A stretch of DNA of 64,000 nt from Podarcis bocagei (lineage: Eukaryota): NCBI GenBank assembly GCA_964188305.1, contig OZ076899.1; one strand, given 5' to 3'. The notes beneath the pieces were generated by a model that did not search any database, was not told where the DNA came from, and saw only the letters and a list, made by a program, of their open reading frames with translations. Every line of letters starts with the position of its first letter. The stretch's first letter is position 1. The translations under genes were made by a program, and so were the position numbers. This document shows, piece after piece, positions 12,629 to 26,700 of this stretch.

Positions 12629-13397
12629 GCTGGGACTTCTTCCAGATATCCGCTTTCATCCCACCCCTCCCACTGCTGCTACACTAATTTCTTCATTTGG
12701 ATTTATATCTTTTTGTTCCAGAATGAATCCCAAAGTCTCAGAAGGGCAGCAGCAGATCAGTCATATCTAACGTGTCGCCTCCCAGATGCTTTGGAATGCA
12801 GTGCCCCTCAGGTCGCATTTGTTGCTTGAAAAGCGTTTGCTGCTATCCAGCTAAACAGATACACTTCCTCTGTAGAGAAACCTTCTGCCTAAGCAGGGCC
12901 AGTTCAACCATTAGGCAAAGAGAGAGATGAGGGGCAGGCAGATGTTGGAGGTGTAGGATGTTTGCAAGCTAACCACCTTGTAGGAAGAATTAATGTTTAG
13001 TCAGTTTCTGTGTATGTATGGAGAAGGGCTGAGGTGCCATCTTCTTAAGGGGGTAGAGGGGGCCTGTGTGTGACACCGCACGTCATGATGTCATGCGTGT
13101 GACACTGCGTGACATCAGGGGTGGAGCCAAATGCCCCCTGAATATTAATACTTTTTTGTGGTGGGGGACTGCTTCTGCCCCTAGGAGTTTGCACGCCTGG
13201 GGAAAGGGCACCATCATGTCAGGTAGCAAAATGTATTGAGCCTGCCCCTGCCTAAGCAGCTTCGTAGGAAGACTTTGAACAGGAGTCCTCCCTACTTGGC
13301 TCTGGAAGTGGAACCAGATCAGACCACACCTTCAGAGTCCTCGCTAGACATGGCCCCTAGTTTCTTGCATTCTTTGTCCCCAGTCGAGCTTCACTTC

Positions 13398-13445
<48 letters not shown>

Positions 13446-13830
13446 TTTATTTATTTATTTATATCCCGCCCTCCCCAGCCGAAGCCGGGCTCAGAGCGGC
13501 TAACAACAATAAAAGTAACCCAGTTTACATAAAATCACAATCAATTAATTGAAATACATTCTAAAATCAATTCATTCTAAAATCAATTCAAAATCAAATT
13601 AATGGCAACCATTGGGCTAGAGTTCTATGTGGATAACTGAAGGAGGGGGTCAGACTGTGCCTTGGCCAAAGGCCTGGTGGAACAGCTCTGTCTCGCAGGC
13701 CCTGCGGAAAGATGTCAAGTCCCACAGGGCCCTAGTTTCTTGTGACAGAGAGTTCCACCAGATTGGGGCCACGGCCAAAAAAGCCCTGGCTCTGGTTGAG
13801 GACAGCCTAACCTCCCTGTGGCCCGGGAGG
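13398..13830 (-). mobile_element. L2-like LINE 3' fragment with (AAT)n tail
   Basis: Minus-strand peptide ARAFLAVAPIWWNSL...SFRRACETELFHQAF is typical of the L2 ORF2 C-terminus; microsatellite tail at 13398-13444. Confidence 0.8.
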
Positions 13831-14082
13831 TGTCCCCACCCCCAGAATGGATGGTGTCCCCACCCCATCCAAAGAGGCCTGCTATTTGAACAGGCCCCAA
13901 GTGAATGACTACAGCACAGATGATCCCTTCTCTTCTGCTGTGCTTTCTCCCTGGTTATGGGTGTCTGAGTCTGTGGCTGGTCCTAATCCACCAATGACTC
14001 TTGTGAAAACCACATTTCAGGAGGATTGAAATGAACTGGAATGGAGCCTTGTTGGAATGCTGATACGTTGACCACCTGACAG

Positions 14083-14428
14083 AGTTAAGGGGTGATATGA
14101 TGTTCAAATATATAAAAGGATGTCACATAGAGGAGGGAGAAAGGTTGTTTTCTGCTGCTCCAGAGAAGCGGACACGGAGCAATGGATCCAAACTACAAGA
14201 AAGAAGATTCCACCTAAACATTAGGAAGAACTTCCTGACAGTAAGAGCTGTTCGACAGTGGAATTTGCTGCCAAGGAGTGTGGTGGAGTCTCCTACTTTG
14301 GAGGTCTTTAAGCAGAGGCTTGACAACCATACGTCAGGAGTGCTCTGATGGTGTTTCCTGCTTGGCAGGGGGTTGGACTCGATGGCCCTTGTGGTCTCTT
14401 CCAACTCTATGATTCTATGATTCTATGA
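14083..14428 (+). mobile_element. Young CR1 LINE 3' fragment
   Basis: FKYIKG...RFHLNIRKNFLTVRAVRQWNLLP...FKQRLD (CR1 ORF2 C-terminus); (ATTCTATG)n tail. Confidence 0.93.
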
Positions 14429-15106
14429 GTTTTTCCCTAGTGGTTCCATGGCGTTGTTGGGTGGGACTTGAATCAAGGCCTCCTTGAACTGAGCTGAGCT
14501 CTCTGGTCACTGCGCTTTGTGTGCTTCTTCCCCCCGCAAGACTGACGTGGCGAGAGCAAGCGGATCAGGCAGCACGATGATGCACTCTGACACGCACCCC
14601 TGGCATACAGGATGGGGCCTTCCATTTGTGGGCTCCCTCCTGGGGTTCTTTGCAAGCAAAGACTGTTGCCAGCTGCCAGAGGATGGCATGTTGCAAGAGC
14701 AGGGCATTGTCAAAGCAGAGGAGGATCATTGCAATAATGAACAGACATTGTTGCCTTCCTTGGAGATTGATGGCAGCCAGCAAAGGACTAAGAGGAGGAA
14801 AGGGGGGAATTAGATTCAGTACACATTTAAAGGCTAACTCATCTGATTCACACTTTTTGGAACAAGATGCAAACTGAAACACAGTGCTGTCCTTTGAAAT
14901 TCACACTTCTCTGAATTTTGCAATGCAGTTCTCCAGTCAAGCAACATTTACAAGACTGCATACAGTGGGTTTAAATGCGCATAAAAATGCACTTATTAAA
15001 GTGGAAAAAAGCATTACATGAGAGGAAATGGCTTTCTAAAAAATGTATATAGGTATGCAAAATTGTGACCGTTAGGATAAATTCATACTGAAATTTTCAT
15101 GAGAAA

Positions 15107-15110
<4 letters not shown>

Positions 15111-15156
<46 letters not shown>
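15111..15156. repeat. (AAT)n microsatellite
   Basis: Direct reading. Confidence 0.97.
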
Positions 15157-15157
<1 letters not shown>

Positions 15158-16460
15158 TCCACAAACTGAGGTGGAGTTGTGAAGAATTGAATTCAAGATT
15201 GGAAAAATGAGAGAAGCTGACATGGAGAGCTCTGGCTACCTGCAGCGTGCCTCCTTCCTAGGGAGGGAGGAGCGATCAAAGAAGCCAGCAAATTCTGTCC
15301 ACCAAAGCAACCCAGATTCGGTGCCAGGCGCCAGGAAAAATGGAATTCAGCCCATGGAATAAGTCATGCGAGCTAAGCAAATTAGCCGCTGGTTGCTTAG
15401 CTGTTGCACGGTTTGGCCTGATTTCTGCTTGCCACTGGGAAGGGAAACAAAGTCCTGCTCAGCCCTCCTGCCTGCCTCCCTATCCTAAGTTGCCTAAGTT
15501 GTGGGCCTCCTTCCATGCAAGGCTGGTTGTGTTTTTAGAGTTCACACCCCTGGGGGCCCTTATCAAGGTCCCATCACCCTCACAATGTCTGGGTCTGGCA
15601 GGTGGGGGCTGGATATAGAGCCTCTTCGCCGGTGGCACCCAAACACCGAACTCTCCCCAGGGAGGTTTGCCTGCTGCCAAGCCTATTTTCGCCACTCTAC
15701 TGGACCCCCCCCCATTTATTTTCCTAGGCCTTTTCCATTTGTGATTTCTGGTTCTAAACTGACTGCGAACTGGCTTTGCTGCTGTGATTTACAGAATGTT
15801 CATGTTTTGGTTTCATTTGTTCCTTGTGTTTGATTCTGCACTGTAAACTGGTATGGAACTCGAACCTTCCACCATGATAACATGCTCAGGTCTGTGCTGG
15901 AAAAGCACAAGGAGGCGTGGCTCAACTGCTGGACTGTTCAGATTCCAGGGAGCAGGAATTTGGAAGGGTTGTAGTGGCAGATGCAGGCGAGTTGACACCC
16001 CTGGAAAGAGGTATTTTTACCAGGACAGTGGGTGGTGATTCCTGGTGTTTCAGTTTGAAACTGAAACTAGCTTGTAACTGAGCTGAACCATGGTCCATTG
16101 TTTGACTTTTGCTTGTCTCCTCCACTTAATAACTGGACCTACACTGTGCTTTCAACTGAGACTTCCCTTCTCTCAACAAATAAGGCTTGTGCCAAGGAGT
16201 TGTAGACTTGGAAGGGAGCCAAAAGGTCCAACCCCTGCGATGCAAGAATCATAGCTAAACTATATACTATAAACTATATAAATATCCTGTATGCTTTAAA
16301 TTTATTTATTCACACAGCTATTTCTGGACCATTAAAATTGTATTGGCAAGCGCCACCTTTTACAGTGAATATTATACTACAGAAGAAGAAGAAGAAGAAG
16401 AAGAAGAAGAAGAAGAAGAAGAAGAAGAGGAGGAGGAGGTGGTGGAGGAGGAGGAGGAAT

Positions 16461-16697
16461 AGTTTGGACTTGATATCCCGCCTTTCACTCCTCTTAAGGA
16501 GTCTCAAAGTGGCTAACAATCTCCTTTCCCTTCCTCCCCCACAACAGACACCCCGTGAGGTGAGTGAGGCTGAGAGACTTCAGAGAGAACTGTGACTAGC
16601 CCAAGGTCACCCAGCAGCTGCATGTGGAGGAGCGGGGAAGTGAACCTGGTTCACCAGATTACGAGTCCACTGCTCTTAACCACTACACCATGCTGGG
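16461..16697 (-). mobile_element. tRNA/CORE-type SINE with adjacent (GAA)n(GAG)n tail
   Basis: Minus strand starts ccagcatggtgtagtggttaagagc (A box) and contains the CORE-like tgggtgaccttggg; microsatellite at 16381-16458. Confidence 0.8.
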
Positions 16698-19600
16698 ATA
16701 TATTGTGTTGTTATGTATTTCTGTGTTAGCATTTTAGGCTGTTTTAACTACTTCACAGTATATTTTTTATTGTCCCTGCCCACCACTTTGGAATGTTTTA
16801 AAAAAAAGATAAAAGAAAATGGGTGTGTATGAAGACCTGGCGCCCAGAGTATTTCCAGAAAATTCTCATATTGGGGCCCACAAATTGTCATTCATGCACT
16901 TGTATCCTACATTGGTACAGAACACCTGTGTGTTTCTCTTTTGTGCTTGTGGGCAGATGCTTTGTTGCTGAGAGTCACATTTAGAAACCCACACAGGGCG
17001 GTAAAAACCTTTAGGACTTGGAAGAAGATGGGCCCAAGGCAGAGGAGTATTTGATTCAAGCTCCACACTTGTTCACGATCAACATGAAGGTCAGATTTTG
17101 CATTCCACTTTTTTGGGTGGTGAAAGAATACCTCTTCCCTTAGTAACTCATAAGGTATGGCTCCCTCTCCTCATTGCTGACTTCTGCTTATCTTCTTCCC
17201 ATGCCCACATTGCTATAGTGGGAGATTTGGATGAGCAATGCGTATAAAATCTCCTTCCCCCCACCCTCTCTGTCTTCCAGTGATTTAAAACCACAGACAG
17301 AGAAAAGGTGTCTTTGGTCTTCCTCCTTTAAACATATTCTGCAAGGGTAGCAAGAAAACCTGGCACTGGAACCGGAGTGTCTCGTGATCCCATATGGTCG
17401 TGGCTGGTGCTCATTGGATCTGATGGTGTGGAAGGCATCAGTAGGTGGTGCTAGAGTCAATGGGAGGCAGAGCCAGCCAATTCTGGCTTTGCCCCCGTCC
17501 TTCTCCAGGGTCTCCCTGGACTGATTATAAGTAAGAAGGCAGGCAGACATGGGATGGGAGGTGAGGGTAGGCTGAGGTGGGTGGGGTTGTGCCCCACTAG
17601 CCCCCATGGACCAGCCTCCGCTGCCGTTGCGGCTTTGGACTGTGCAGCAAAATGGGTTTTGTAGTACTCCAGTGATCTCTGAAGCACACTGTGCGAGCAC
17701 AAAGTAATTGCATTCAAAAGAGAATCATCACTGGCACCATGGTCAGGCATTACAAGACCCCAGTGCTCTAGGAAAATGACCAGGCAGTGGCAAAAAAAAG
17801 TCTCCTTCCACCACCATCAGAACCAAGCCCAAAAATGGCCTGCATAGCTGGAGTAACAAATAATTGTCAAGAATAATTAGAAGTTGAAAAAATAAGATGA
17901 CTGCAGAAGTGCCCAGCAATCCCAAAGAACAATAGGGAGATAGCAGATAACAGTTTTTGGGTGTGCCCTCCTGCTCCAGCCCAAACCTTTGTCCCCCTTG
18001 CACCAGCCTAACCCGGCCAATTCAGGGTGTATGATCATGCATGTGTAGATCAGCCAAAATCAGGAAGTGGCCCCCAGCAGGTTTCCACTGGGGTGATGTG
18101 GCCTCCACTCCTGATATTGGGCCTTGGGACAGAAGGGTCCTACAGAGGTGCCTGAGGCTGACAAGTCCTTGGGACAATGAACCCCAAAAGGCAGGAAGTT
18201 TGTGGAGGTGGCTCTCTTCAATTAATCAGAGCTGCGAAGCCAAATCTTTAGTGGCAGGTTTTCTGTGGAGTTGGAAATGACAATCTGAGCTCCTTAGCAC
18301 AGCCTCTCAGCTCACACTCTCCCACAAGGGCATCAAATTAGAAAGAAACATATTTTTTTTGGCCAATTTGAAATGCTTTCTGAAAGGGTAGTGCTGGCTG
18401 CAGCACCAAGTAAGAGAGGACTCTTTCTTAGAGTTTTTCCTCTCCCACAGACAGGATTCTTCATATTGTCTCCTGAAACTCAGACTTCAGGAACCCAACC
18501 CAGCTGTCCTGCCCAATGCCCAGTGGAATCAGGACATCCTGGGGACGATTTGAGAGTGTTGGGGGGGGGCTTGCCTCTTCTTCAATGCAAACCCCCTTCC
18601 TCCCACTTTGCCCTCCTACACTCAGAAGAGAAGACAGTGAAATTAGGCAAGTCACTCCCACCCACAGTAGAGTTGCTTAGAAACCTGGGTGGTGGGTGCT
18701 CTTTAAGATGAGAAAGTAGCAGGCGGGAGAGAGGGAAATTTAGAGATTCCCTGCAAAATGAAACCTTGTGCCTAACTTATAATTTATAACGGCATCTGTT
18801 CCATTTTCACAGAGTTTGCATTTGAAAAGTCGGCAGAGAACTCCTGCAGTTTCTTCACCAGGACTTGAGTCCCCACCCCCACCCAGCAGAGAACTCCCTA
18901 CTCCAAGGAGCAGGCAGCAATGGTCCCAGGTCCCAGGACAAAGCCTCCTCCAGCCTTGCAACCTGAGAGACCTTGAGCAGGAGATGCAACTGATCATAAG
19001 AACCTAAGAATCTAGAGTAGGCTGCTGGAGCCAGCCAATGACCCATCTTGTCCAACATCCGGTTCTCACAGGGGTCAATCAGATGCCATCCAGGTTGGTG
19101 GCCCTTACTGCCACCTGTGGGAGCAGTAGACCAGAAGAGAGAGGTTCTGCATGCCCAGCCAATGCTCTTCCATTGGGCTATGGTCTCTGAGCCGGGTGGA
19201 GAAACTGCAAGCCTAGTGGTCGAGGGAGCCCAAGACATTAATTGACCATGGACATGCCATCTCCCAGGACAATGCTATTGCAAGTGTCCAACCCAGAGCT
19301 CCTTACGGTGAACTGCTACTGAGTATTGGGCGAGAGCGGGTCTTAGGATTCACAAGAACATAGGAAATTGTCTTATGTCAAGTCTTGTCTTAGACCAGTC
19401 TTGTCTACCACTGACTGGTAGCAGTGCTCTAGGGATTTAGACAAAGGAGGAATGACCGCTGGAAGGAGTGCAGAGAGAAGAAACGCCATGGTGCACCCTT
19501 CCCCAGCTGCAACTAAACATCTCTCTCCCATATCAGTCTCTACAGCCACAGCAGGTGCTGTAACTCTCCAAAGGTTTGACTTTAGTGCTGATGACTCATT

Positions 19601-19814
19601 TTTCCATTGTCTGAGACAATGGATGTCAATATGAATATAAATATATAACTCTCCCAGCCCACCTGGAGATGCTGTTGCGGATTGAACTTGGGAGCTTCTG
19701 CAGGCACAGCAGATGCTCTTCCAGGCATTCAACTGCTTTTCTAGGGGCTGGGCTTTTAATCCATGTTCAGATGACATCATCCAAAATACAGATGTATCCT
19801 GTAGTTTGTTATAA

Positions 19815-19985
19815 GAGCCGGTGTGGTGTAGTGGTTAGACTGTCAGACTAGGACCTGGGAGACCAGAGTTCAAATCCCCACTTGGCTGTTAAGCTCATTG
19901 GGTGACTTTGGGCTTGTTGTGAGGATAAAATGAGTCAGGGGGAAACTACTTTGAGTTCCTTGGAGAAAAAGGAGGGATAGAAATG
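19815..19985 (+). mobile_element. MIR/CORE-like SINE (older family)
   Basis: gtgtggtgtagtggttagac...gttcaaatcccc...gggtgactttggg; relatives at ~1-155(-), ~41303-41485(+), ~45285-45507(-), ~51487-51712(+), ~55995-56195(-) and ~61410-61572(-). Confidence 0.75.
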
Positions 19986-21482
19986 CAAAAAGGAAATAAA
20001 ACAGTTCAAATTCAAACAGTTGGAAGAAGAAAGGTAAAATCAGGGGGCTGACACTGAACTTGTAATGTAGTGTTGCAGGATGTGGGGGCTGAACTCAACT
20101 GATCTCCTGCGATTCCTTCCATTCTTGTGATTGTAAATGTGGGTCAAAGAAGGTTGGCCAAGTTTAGCCAGGCAGATCCCCTTTGTTAGGGAAATTATAG
20201 GCTGGTGGCTCAGACTAGCTGGCTCCGACAATGGCAGAGGAAATGGCCAGAGAGAAATAGGTAACAAAAGGACAGACTTGGCAGGTGTTTTCTTTTTTTG
20301 GAGACAGACACAGAAGGGAGTCTGAGAAAAAAGTTACAGGTACTTTGGGGTGCAGCTGCCTGTTTCTCGGCAAGACCTGATATGGGTGCAGTGAACTTAG
20401 TCTGCCTGCTGGAGGGGTTGAACGGCTGCAACGTGTATATCTGTAAATGAACACAAATGTTACAAAAATGCCAAAAGCCTCCCGTGGCCTCATTCCAAAA
20501 AGAGATCAAACCTGGTGCACATAATAATACATTGGAAAGAAAAGCTATGCCGTTGCAAGGAGGCTTTCATTTTGGGGAAGGGGGAACAATGCGCCGATTC
20601 TCCCTTGGATATCTGATCCTCAAAGGTGAGAGAGGGGATGAAGGAAGGGGTGTGTGCTTGTGGGCGGGTGGAGTGAGTTAGGGCGGAAGGGATGTGGGGA
20701 GAAAGTTTCACAAGCACCTGCGTGGTGCTGGCATCTAATCCTCTCCGTGTGGGCAGGGGGCTCCTAGCCGTGCCCATCGCTGGGTTCCGTGCCAGCACCA
20801 GTCTATTTTATCCTCTGACATTTATCTTGGATTTTTTTTTTAAAAAAACCTCCCCTCTATTCATTAAAACCCTAAGATAGTTCCCATGGCAACCACCTAG
20901 TCATGTGGCATCCAGAAATATTCTCAGACTTCGGAGGAAACACCGTAAAAATAATATTTAAGCAAAGAGAAAAGGATCATGGATTGCTTGGAAAGTGGCG
21001 CCCACACTCCGCCACCCTCCCACGGGGCTCTGCCAGTGGAGAGCAGGGCCTTTTCTGGCCACCGTGGAGGAAAAATGGGCTTGCCTGCCTCTGGCTGACC
21101 TGTGAGGTGGCAGCTGAGATCCTTTGAGGACAGGTAGGTTGGAAGGCAGGGAGATCAAGAGTAGGCGGAGTCAGAACCGATAGGCAAAGCCAGCCCTGAT
21201 TGGTTGTTAGGGAGAAGACAGCACCTCATTCATAAGAACCTCAGAAGAGCCTGCTGGATCAGGCCAATGACCCATCTAGTCCAGCATCCTGTTCTCACAG
21301 CGGCCAAGCATGCAGGACCTGAGCACCAGAGCACTCTCTCCCTTCTTATGGTTCCCAACATTCAGCATTCAGAAGCATTACTCTGGCTAGTAGCTTTGAT
21401 AGCCTTTTCCTCCACGACTGAAGTGGTGCACAAGATGGATTACCAACTCCTGAGTCCCACTGGTTTGTCCCAACAGAAAGTA

Positions 21483-21736
21483 CAGTGGTACCTCTGGATG
21501 CGAACAGGATCCGTTCCGGAGCCCCGTTCGCATCCTGAGTAGAATGCAACCCGTATCTGCGCGTCTGCGTGGGTCGTGTTTCGCCGCTTCTGCGCATGCG
21601 CATGACGTAATTTTGAGCATCTGTGCATGTGCGAGTGGCAAAACCCGGAAGTAACGTGTTCCGTTACTTCCGGGTTGCCGTGGAGCGTAACCTGAAAATG
21701 CTCAACCTGAAGCATATTTAACCCGAGGTATGACTG
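21483..21736. mobile_element. Tc1/mariner MITE
   Basis: TA|CAGTGGTACCTC ... GAGGTATGACTG|TA. Confidence 0.9.
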
Positions 21737-23452
21737 TACACTGGACACAGGAAGAGCTGGCAGTGTGAATGCAGAAACCCTCAGCCACTTAAGAACATAG
21801 GAAGAGATGAGCACTGCTGGATCAGGCCAAAAGTGCCCCATCAAGTCCAGCACCCTGTTATCACAGTAGCCAACCAGATGCCCGCCTCTTCTGGGAGACC
21901 TGCAAGCCCAAGAGCACTCTCCCTTCCCACAGTTTCAAGCAACTGGTGGTGTTCGGAAGCATTGTTGCCTCTGACGGCAGAGACAGAGCATAGCCATTGT
22001 GGCTAGTAGCCATTGATGCCCTTGCCCCTGCCATGGATTTGTCTAATCCTCTTTTAAAGCCGTTTAGGTTGGTGGCTATCACTGCCTCCTGTGGAAGAGA
22101 GTTCCACAGTTCCTATAGGGAGGGGGATGTGATTGAACTATGTGGTGTGTGCACATCCACAGGCAAATGTTTTCTTGGCAGGACAAAACAGTGAGAGGGA
22201 AAACTCCCCAAGGCTCTTTTCTGTCTGGCGCCTGCTCTTAAAGGCTTAGTAAAGTGAGTGTTGTAACTCCAAGGGATGCTCAGTGGCGACCTCTAATTTG
22301 GGGGAGAGAATCTGATTTCTGGAGAGAGGGTTGAGCCCAAGGAGCAAGGGTCCCCAGTCACTCTAATGAGCACAGGGAGGGACAGATTGGTCACTTTTTA
22401 TTTCTCTGCTTGGCTTTTTACTTTAAGAATATTAAGTTCAGTTCCCGTCCCATTTTCTGCACCAGCTTGCAATTTTTCACCATCATTATTTTAGTGTCCA
22501 TTCCTTATAATATGCACATTTCAATGGGCAATGCTGCCTAATATACACATATGATATAATGTTATTTCCCACATATATGCATGTGTATGCACACATCCAC
22601 CTCATATGAACACAGGTTCTTGATATGCATTTTTCGGGGTTGGAAAATTGCCCTACAAAATTCGAGAGAGCGAGGATCACAAAACGGAGCTCAGCTTGGG
22701 TTCATGTGTTGCTTCAAGACCTGCAAATTGGGTAGCCAAGCCAAATTCCTCCCCCTCCCACATTTTCACCGGTCTCTGCATTACCACACTAAAAGCGGGT
22801 GGAACTGCCCCCTTCTGTCATTGTGCGTCCCCCTCCCCACCAAGGAGCTGGCTTGAGCAATAATGCTGGGAGTTTCTGCAAAGCTATCGCTTGTTCCTGG
22901 ATCCCTGACAGTCTCCTGTTAAGGGGCCCTGAGCTGCCTCTCATCTCCCTCCACCCTCTGACAGCTTCCTTCCACTCCAGCCTTTGCCATCCACTTCCTT
23001 TGCGCGCAGGCAGACTTAATAAGCAGTTTGAAAGGTGACTGAGCTCCGCCGGAATGCGAGAAGCAGGGAAACAGGAAGGCCTGTTGAATTCTGACACAGA
23101 TATTGTCATTCCTCTGGTGCATGCAATTATCCCAAATCTTCCTTATGTCCGATCCGATTTTGCATGGTGGGCGGGGGAAGCTGTGCACAAAGAACTGGTA
23201 GTTGCAAATAGAAGCACAGACTCTTGAGTGAGCTGCGGAGGGAAACAGAGGCTGAATATGCACTTGAGTGCAGCTCTCGGTCAGCGCTGCATGACGCCCA
23301 AGGGCACAAGCATTTTGATGTGCATTCACACACTTCATGCCCTAACTGGAAGGCCCCATAGCAAAGTCTTGCATGACGCAAGATGCCAAAGGACCCAGTC
23401 CCACTAGGAAACCTCCCTCCCCCAAAAAAGAGAGGTCGTTTCTAGCTAATTA

Positions 23453-23712
23453 CAGTCATACCTCGGGTTAAATATGCTTCAGGTTGAGTGTTTTCAGGTT
23501 GTGTTCCGCGGCGACTCGGAAGTAACGGAATAGGTTACTTCCAGGTTTTTCTGCTCACGCATGTGCAGACACTCAAAATGACGTCACATGCATGCGCAGA
23601 AGCAGTGAATCATGACCCACGCATGTGCAGGCGCGCAGGCATGGGTTGTGTTCTGCTCAGGATGTGAACGAGGCTCCGGAACGGATCCCGTTTGCATCCC
23701 GAGGTACCACTG
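23453..23712. mobile_element. Tc1/mariner MITE (same subfamily as 21483-21736, opposite orientation)
   Basis: TA|CAGTCATACCTC ... GAGGTACCACTG|TA; interior is the reverse complement of the 21.5-kb copy. Confidence 0.9.
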
Positions 23713-26700
23713 TAAACATAAGAACATAAGAAGATCTTAGTATATCAGTTATCAGTGTCCAATAGGAAGCCCACAAGCAAGACCTGAGCACAAAAGTAGG
23801 ACTCTCCCCACTTGTGATTCCCAGCAACTGGCATTCAGAGCTAGACTGCCCCTGGTCATGGAGGTTCTTCTCTCACAGTAGACCTCCATATGGAGAGCCC
23901 TGCTGCATTGGATCAAAGACCCATCTAGGCCAGCATCCTGTCCTCACAGTGGCTTACCAGATGCCCCAATGGGAAGCCCATAAGCAGGACCTCAGCATAA
24001 GACCAGAACCCATAAGCAAAGACATTCGTTCACATCTTTCTTAGCATCCTGCCCAGAAAGGTTGATAGGCAGGAGGCAAGAAAATTAGGTTCAGTTCAGA
24101 TTTTAATGCACATTCACGTAATTTGCACTTTCTGAAGTCGCACGTGAACTGAAACACACAGCAGTCTCTTGAAATGGATGCTTCCCTGAATTTTGTAATG
24201 CAGTTCACCACACACACAAGCATGGGCATGCAATGCATAAAATACATGCATTAAGGGAATTAAGTGTTGCTGTTAGGCAAAATGGCAAACAAAAATGTGT
24301 ACTTCGGGACACTAAAATGCTAATGAATTTTCTTAGGCACTTTTTTTTTGGGGGGGGAGGAAATCTGGATGCAGAAGTGTGGCAAGCAGAACCCAAGAAA
24401 ATGAGAAGCCGAGCAAAATGGAAATGGACTATTAATCTGTCCCACCCTAGCCTTGAACACCTGGTGGTGGTGATGGTGGTGGGGCTGTTCAGCGTCAATC
24501 CTCTAGGGCGGGACTAAGGGGGCATTAACCATTTGCCCCTGTTGTGGTCCTAAACCAGACTGGGGGCTCTGGGCTTGCAAAAGAAAAAAAAAATCCCAAT
24601 TTGCCTCTCATCCTTGCAGCTGACCTGTGAACTTGGTCCCACTTCAAGGTCCCACCTCCTTGCCTCCTTGCTTCTGGCACCAGAAAGGGGATGTTTTTGG
24701 TTGTGGTGCCCGGAATTTGGATTTGCCCCCCTCCCCCTTGAAAAGCCAGCCTGGCCCCACTCGCTCCTCTCTTTCAGGCAGGCAGCAAATTGCTGTTTTT
24801 TTGTTGGGCCTTCTCCAGCTCTTGCTGCATTTCCTGCTCTTGCTGCTTTTCACTGTTGTGTTTGTGTGGTTTTGCTTTTAGGTTTTTTTTACTGGCTATA
24901 TTGCTTTATTACTGGTTTCAATTGCATTTTTAGAAAGACTGGAAAGGAATCCTACTAACAAATCACTAAATGCATAAATAGTGAGCAACATGAACTGAAG
25001 TATAGAGGAAGGTTCTCAAGATAAGCCAGCCTGGATGCCCTCCAGATCTTTTGGACTACAATCCCCATCATCCCCAGTCACTGGGCTCCCATCAGCTGTA
25101 GCCTCCCATGGCCATGCTGGCTGGGGATGATGGGAGTTGTAGTCTGGAGGCCACCATGTTGGGGAAGTCTGCATTAAAGGATGAGTGTACATACTGGCAC
25201 ATTTTTTTAAAAAATGCATCCTTTTAAACATCCCCCAAATGACAAACTACATATGATGCTTTCTCAAAAACCAGGGCTGTTGAAACATATGGGCTCATTT
25301 GCTGGTTTCTGAGCATTGGCCTTATCACCTCCATGCAGGTGGTTTCTATGGATCAATTTCTCTAAATTACAGATGATCATCTAGCACAGGGCAAACCGTG
25401 TGACACTGCTTTCACCTTATCTGTTTAATTTTATTTAACAAAATGTGTAAGAACATTAGAACATCCTGCTGGATCAGGTCAAAGGGGGCCCATTTAGTCC
25501 AGCATCCTATTCTCACAGTAGTAAGAGCAGATGAAGCCCACAAACAGAATCCGGGCAGGCTGGGTTGTCCTCTTATATACCTGCGGGGATTGGCAAGGCA
25601 TCTGACCCTCACCTGACTCTCATAGCTCTCCTGTAGCTGCCTCTTATTAGTTATCATTTAGCTTTTGGGGGAAATAATTAGCATCACATGTCATGTGCAT
25701 GGAACCAATTAACCAACTAGAAGGATTACTGTTAACAGCACCAGTTTTCCTATAACTTGATATTGCTGGATAGTTTTGATGAACTGCAAAAGAATTTTTA
25801 ATTTTGCTTTCAGTTGCTACCCTGGAACTTTTGTTTATTAGTGCCACTTTGTTTTGTACGATTCCTTGCAAATGAAGGAAAACAACTTTTTTGCTTGTAT
25901 ATGTAGATAATATAATTTTGGTTACTGAGGACAAACAAGATTGTACAAAAACAAGATTGGGTGCAGGCCTGGCCAGGACATAGGCGTCCTGACTGTGACA
26001 AAGGTGACCTGTGTGCTTGCTTGCTTGATTAAGAGCTGTTGGGAACTTCAAGGTCCCTGCTCTCCCTTCTTATGGTCTTTGTACTGGACCTGGAGACTCC
26101 AATGGAGAACATTCCATGTCAAGAAGGAGGGCAAGTGGGCACCCTATCAAATGACAGGGCAGGAGTTACACGGAGCAGGGCCTTTTCACTGGTGGTGCCC
26201 ATTGTCTGCCTCACTCTTCCCAGACCTGCTGTCTTTTGGTCTGTATTTTGGAGCTTTATAATTTAGGAAGACTTTGGAAGAACTGGTTGACAAGTCTTAT
26301 CAGTTGCTGTATGAGTGGATTTTATTTGCTGCTATTCTGTGCTTCTGGTGCACCAGGGTTTACACAAGCGTAATAGAGTTGGCCAGGATGCCAGAAGGGA
26401 TACAATTTACAAGCTTTCTCCATTATCTGCACAGCAGGGGGTGTTCAGTCAACGGTGCAAAGGCTGAGCTGAAGCATTCCCTGCTGGTCACTTGCTTTCA
26501 GCAATAGGGGCCGCTATTTGGAGGTACCCAATTGGTTAGCTGTCAGATTCTAGAGCTCCCTATTGGTGTCTCTTAGGTAATTCACAAAATACAGAGTCCA
26601 TTCATAAAACACAGTGTTCATTCATAAAGCAGTAACATAAATCTCCGTTGCTACATATTGGGTATATATTTCAGTGGTTGAACGTACAAGTTTATGGCCA

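Noticed and set aside
16310-16595. Poly-Lys/poly-Phe ORFs (also poly-Asn at 13236-13532 and poly-Leu at 43414-43674)
   Set aside because: Translations of microsatellites.
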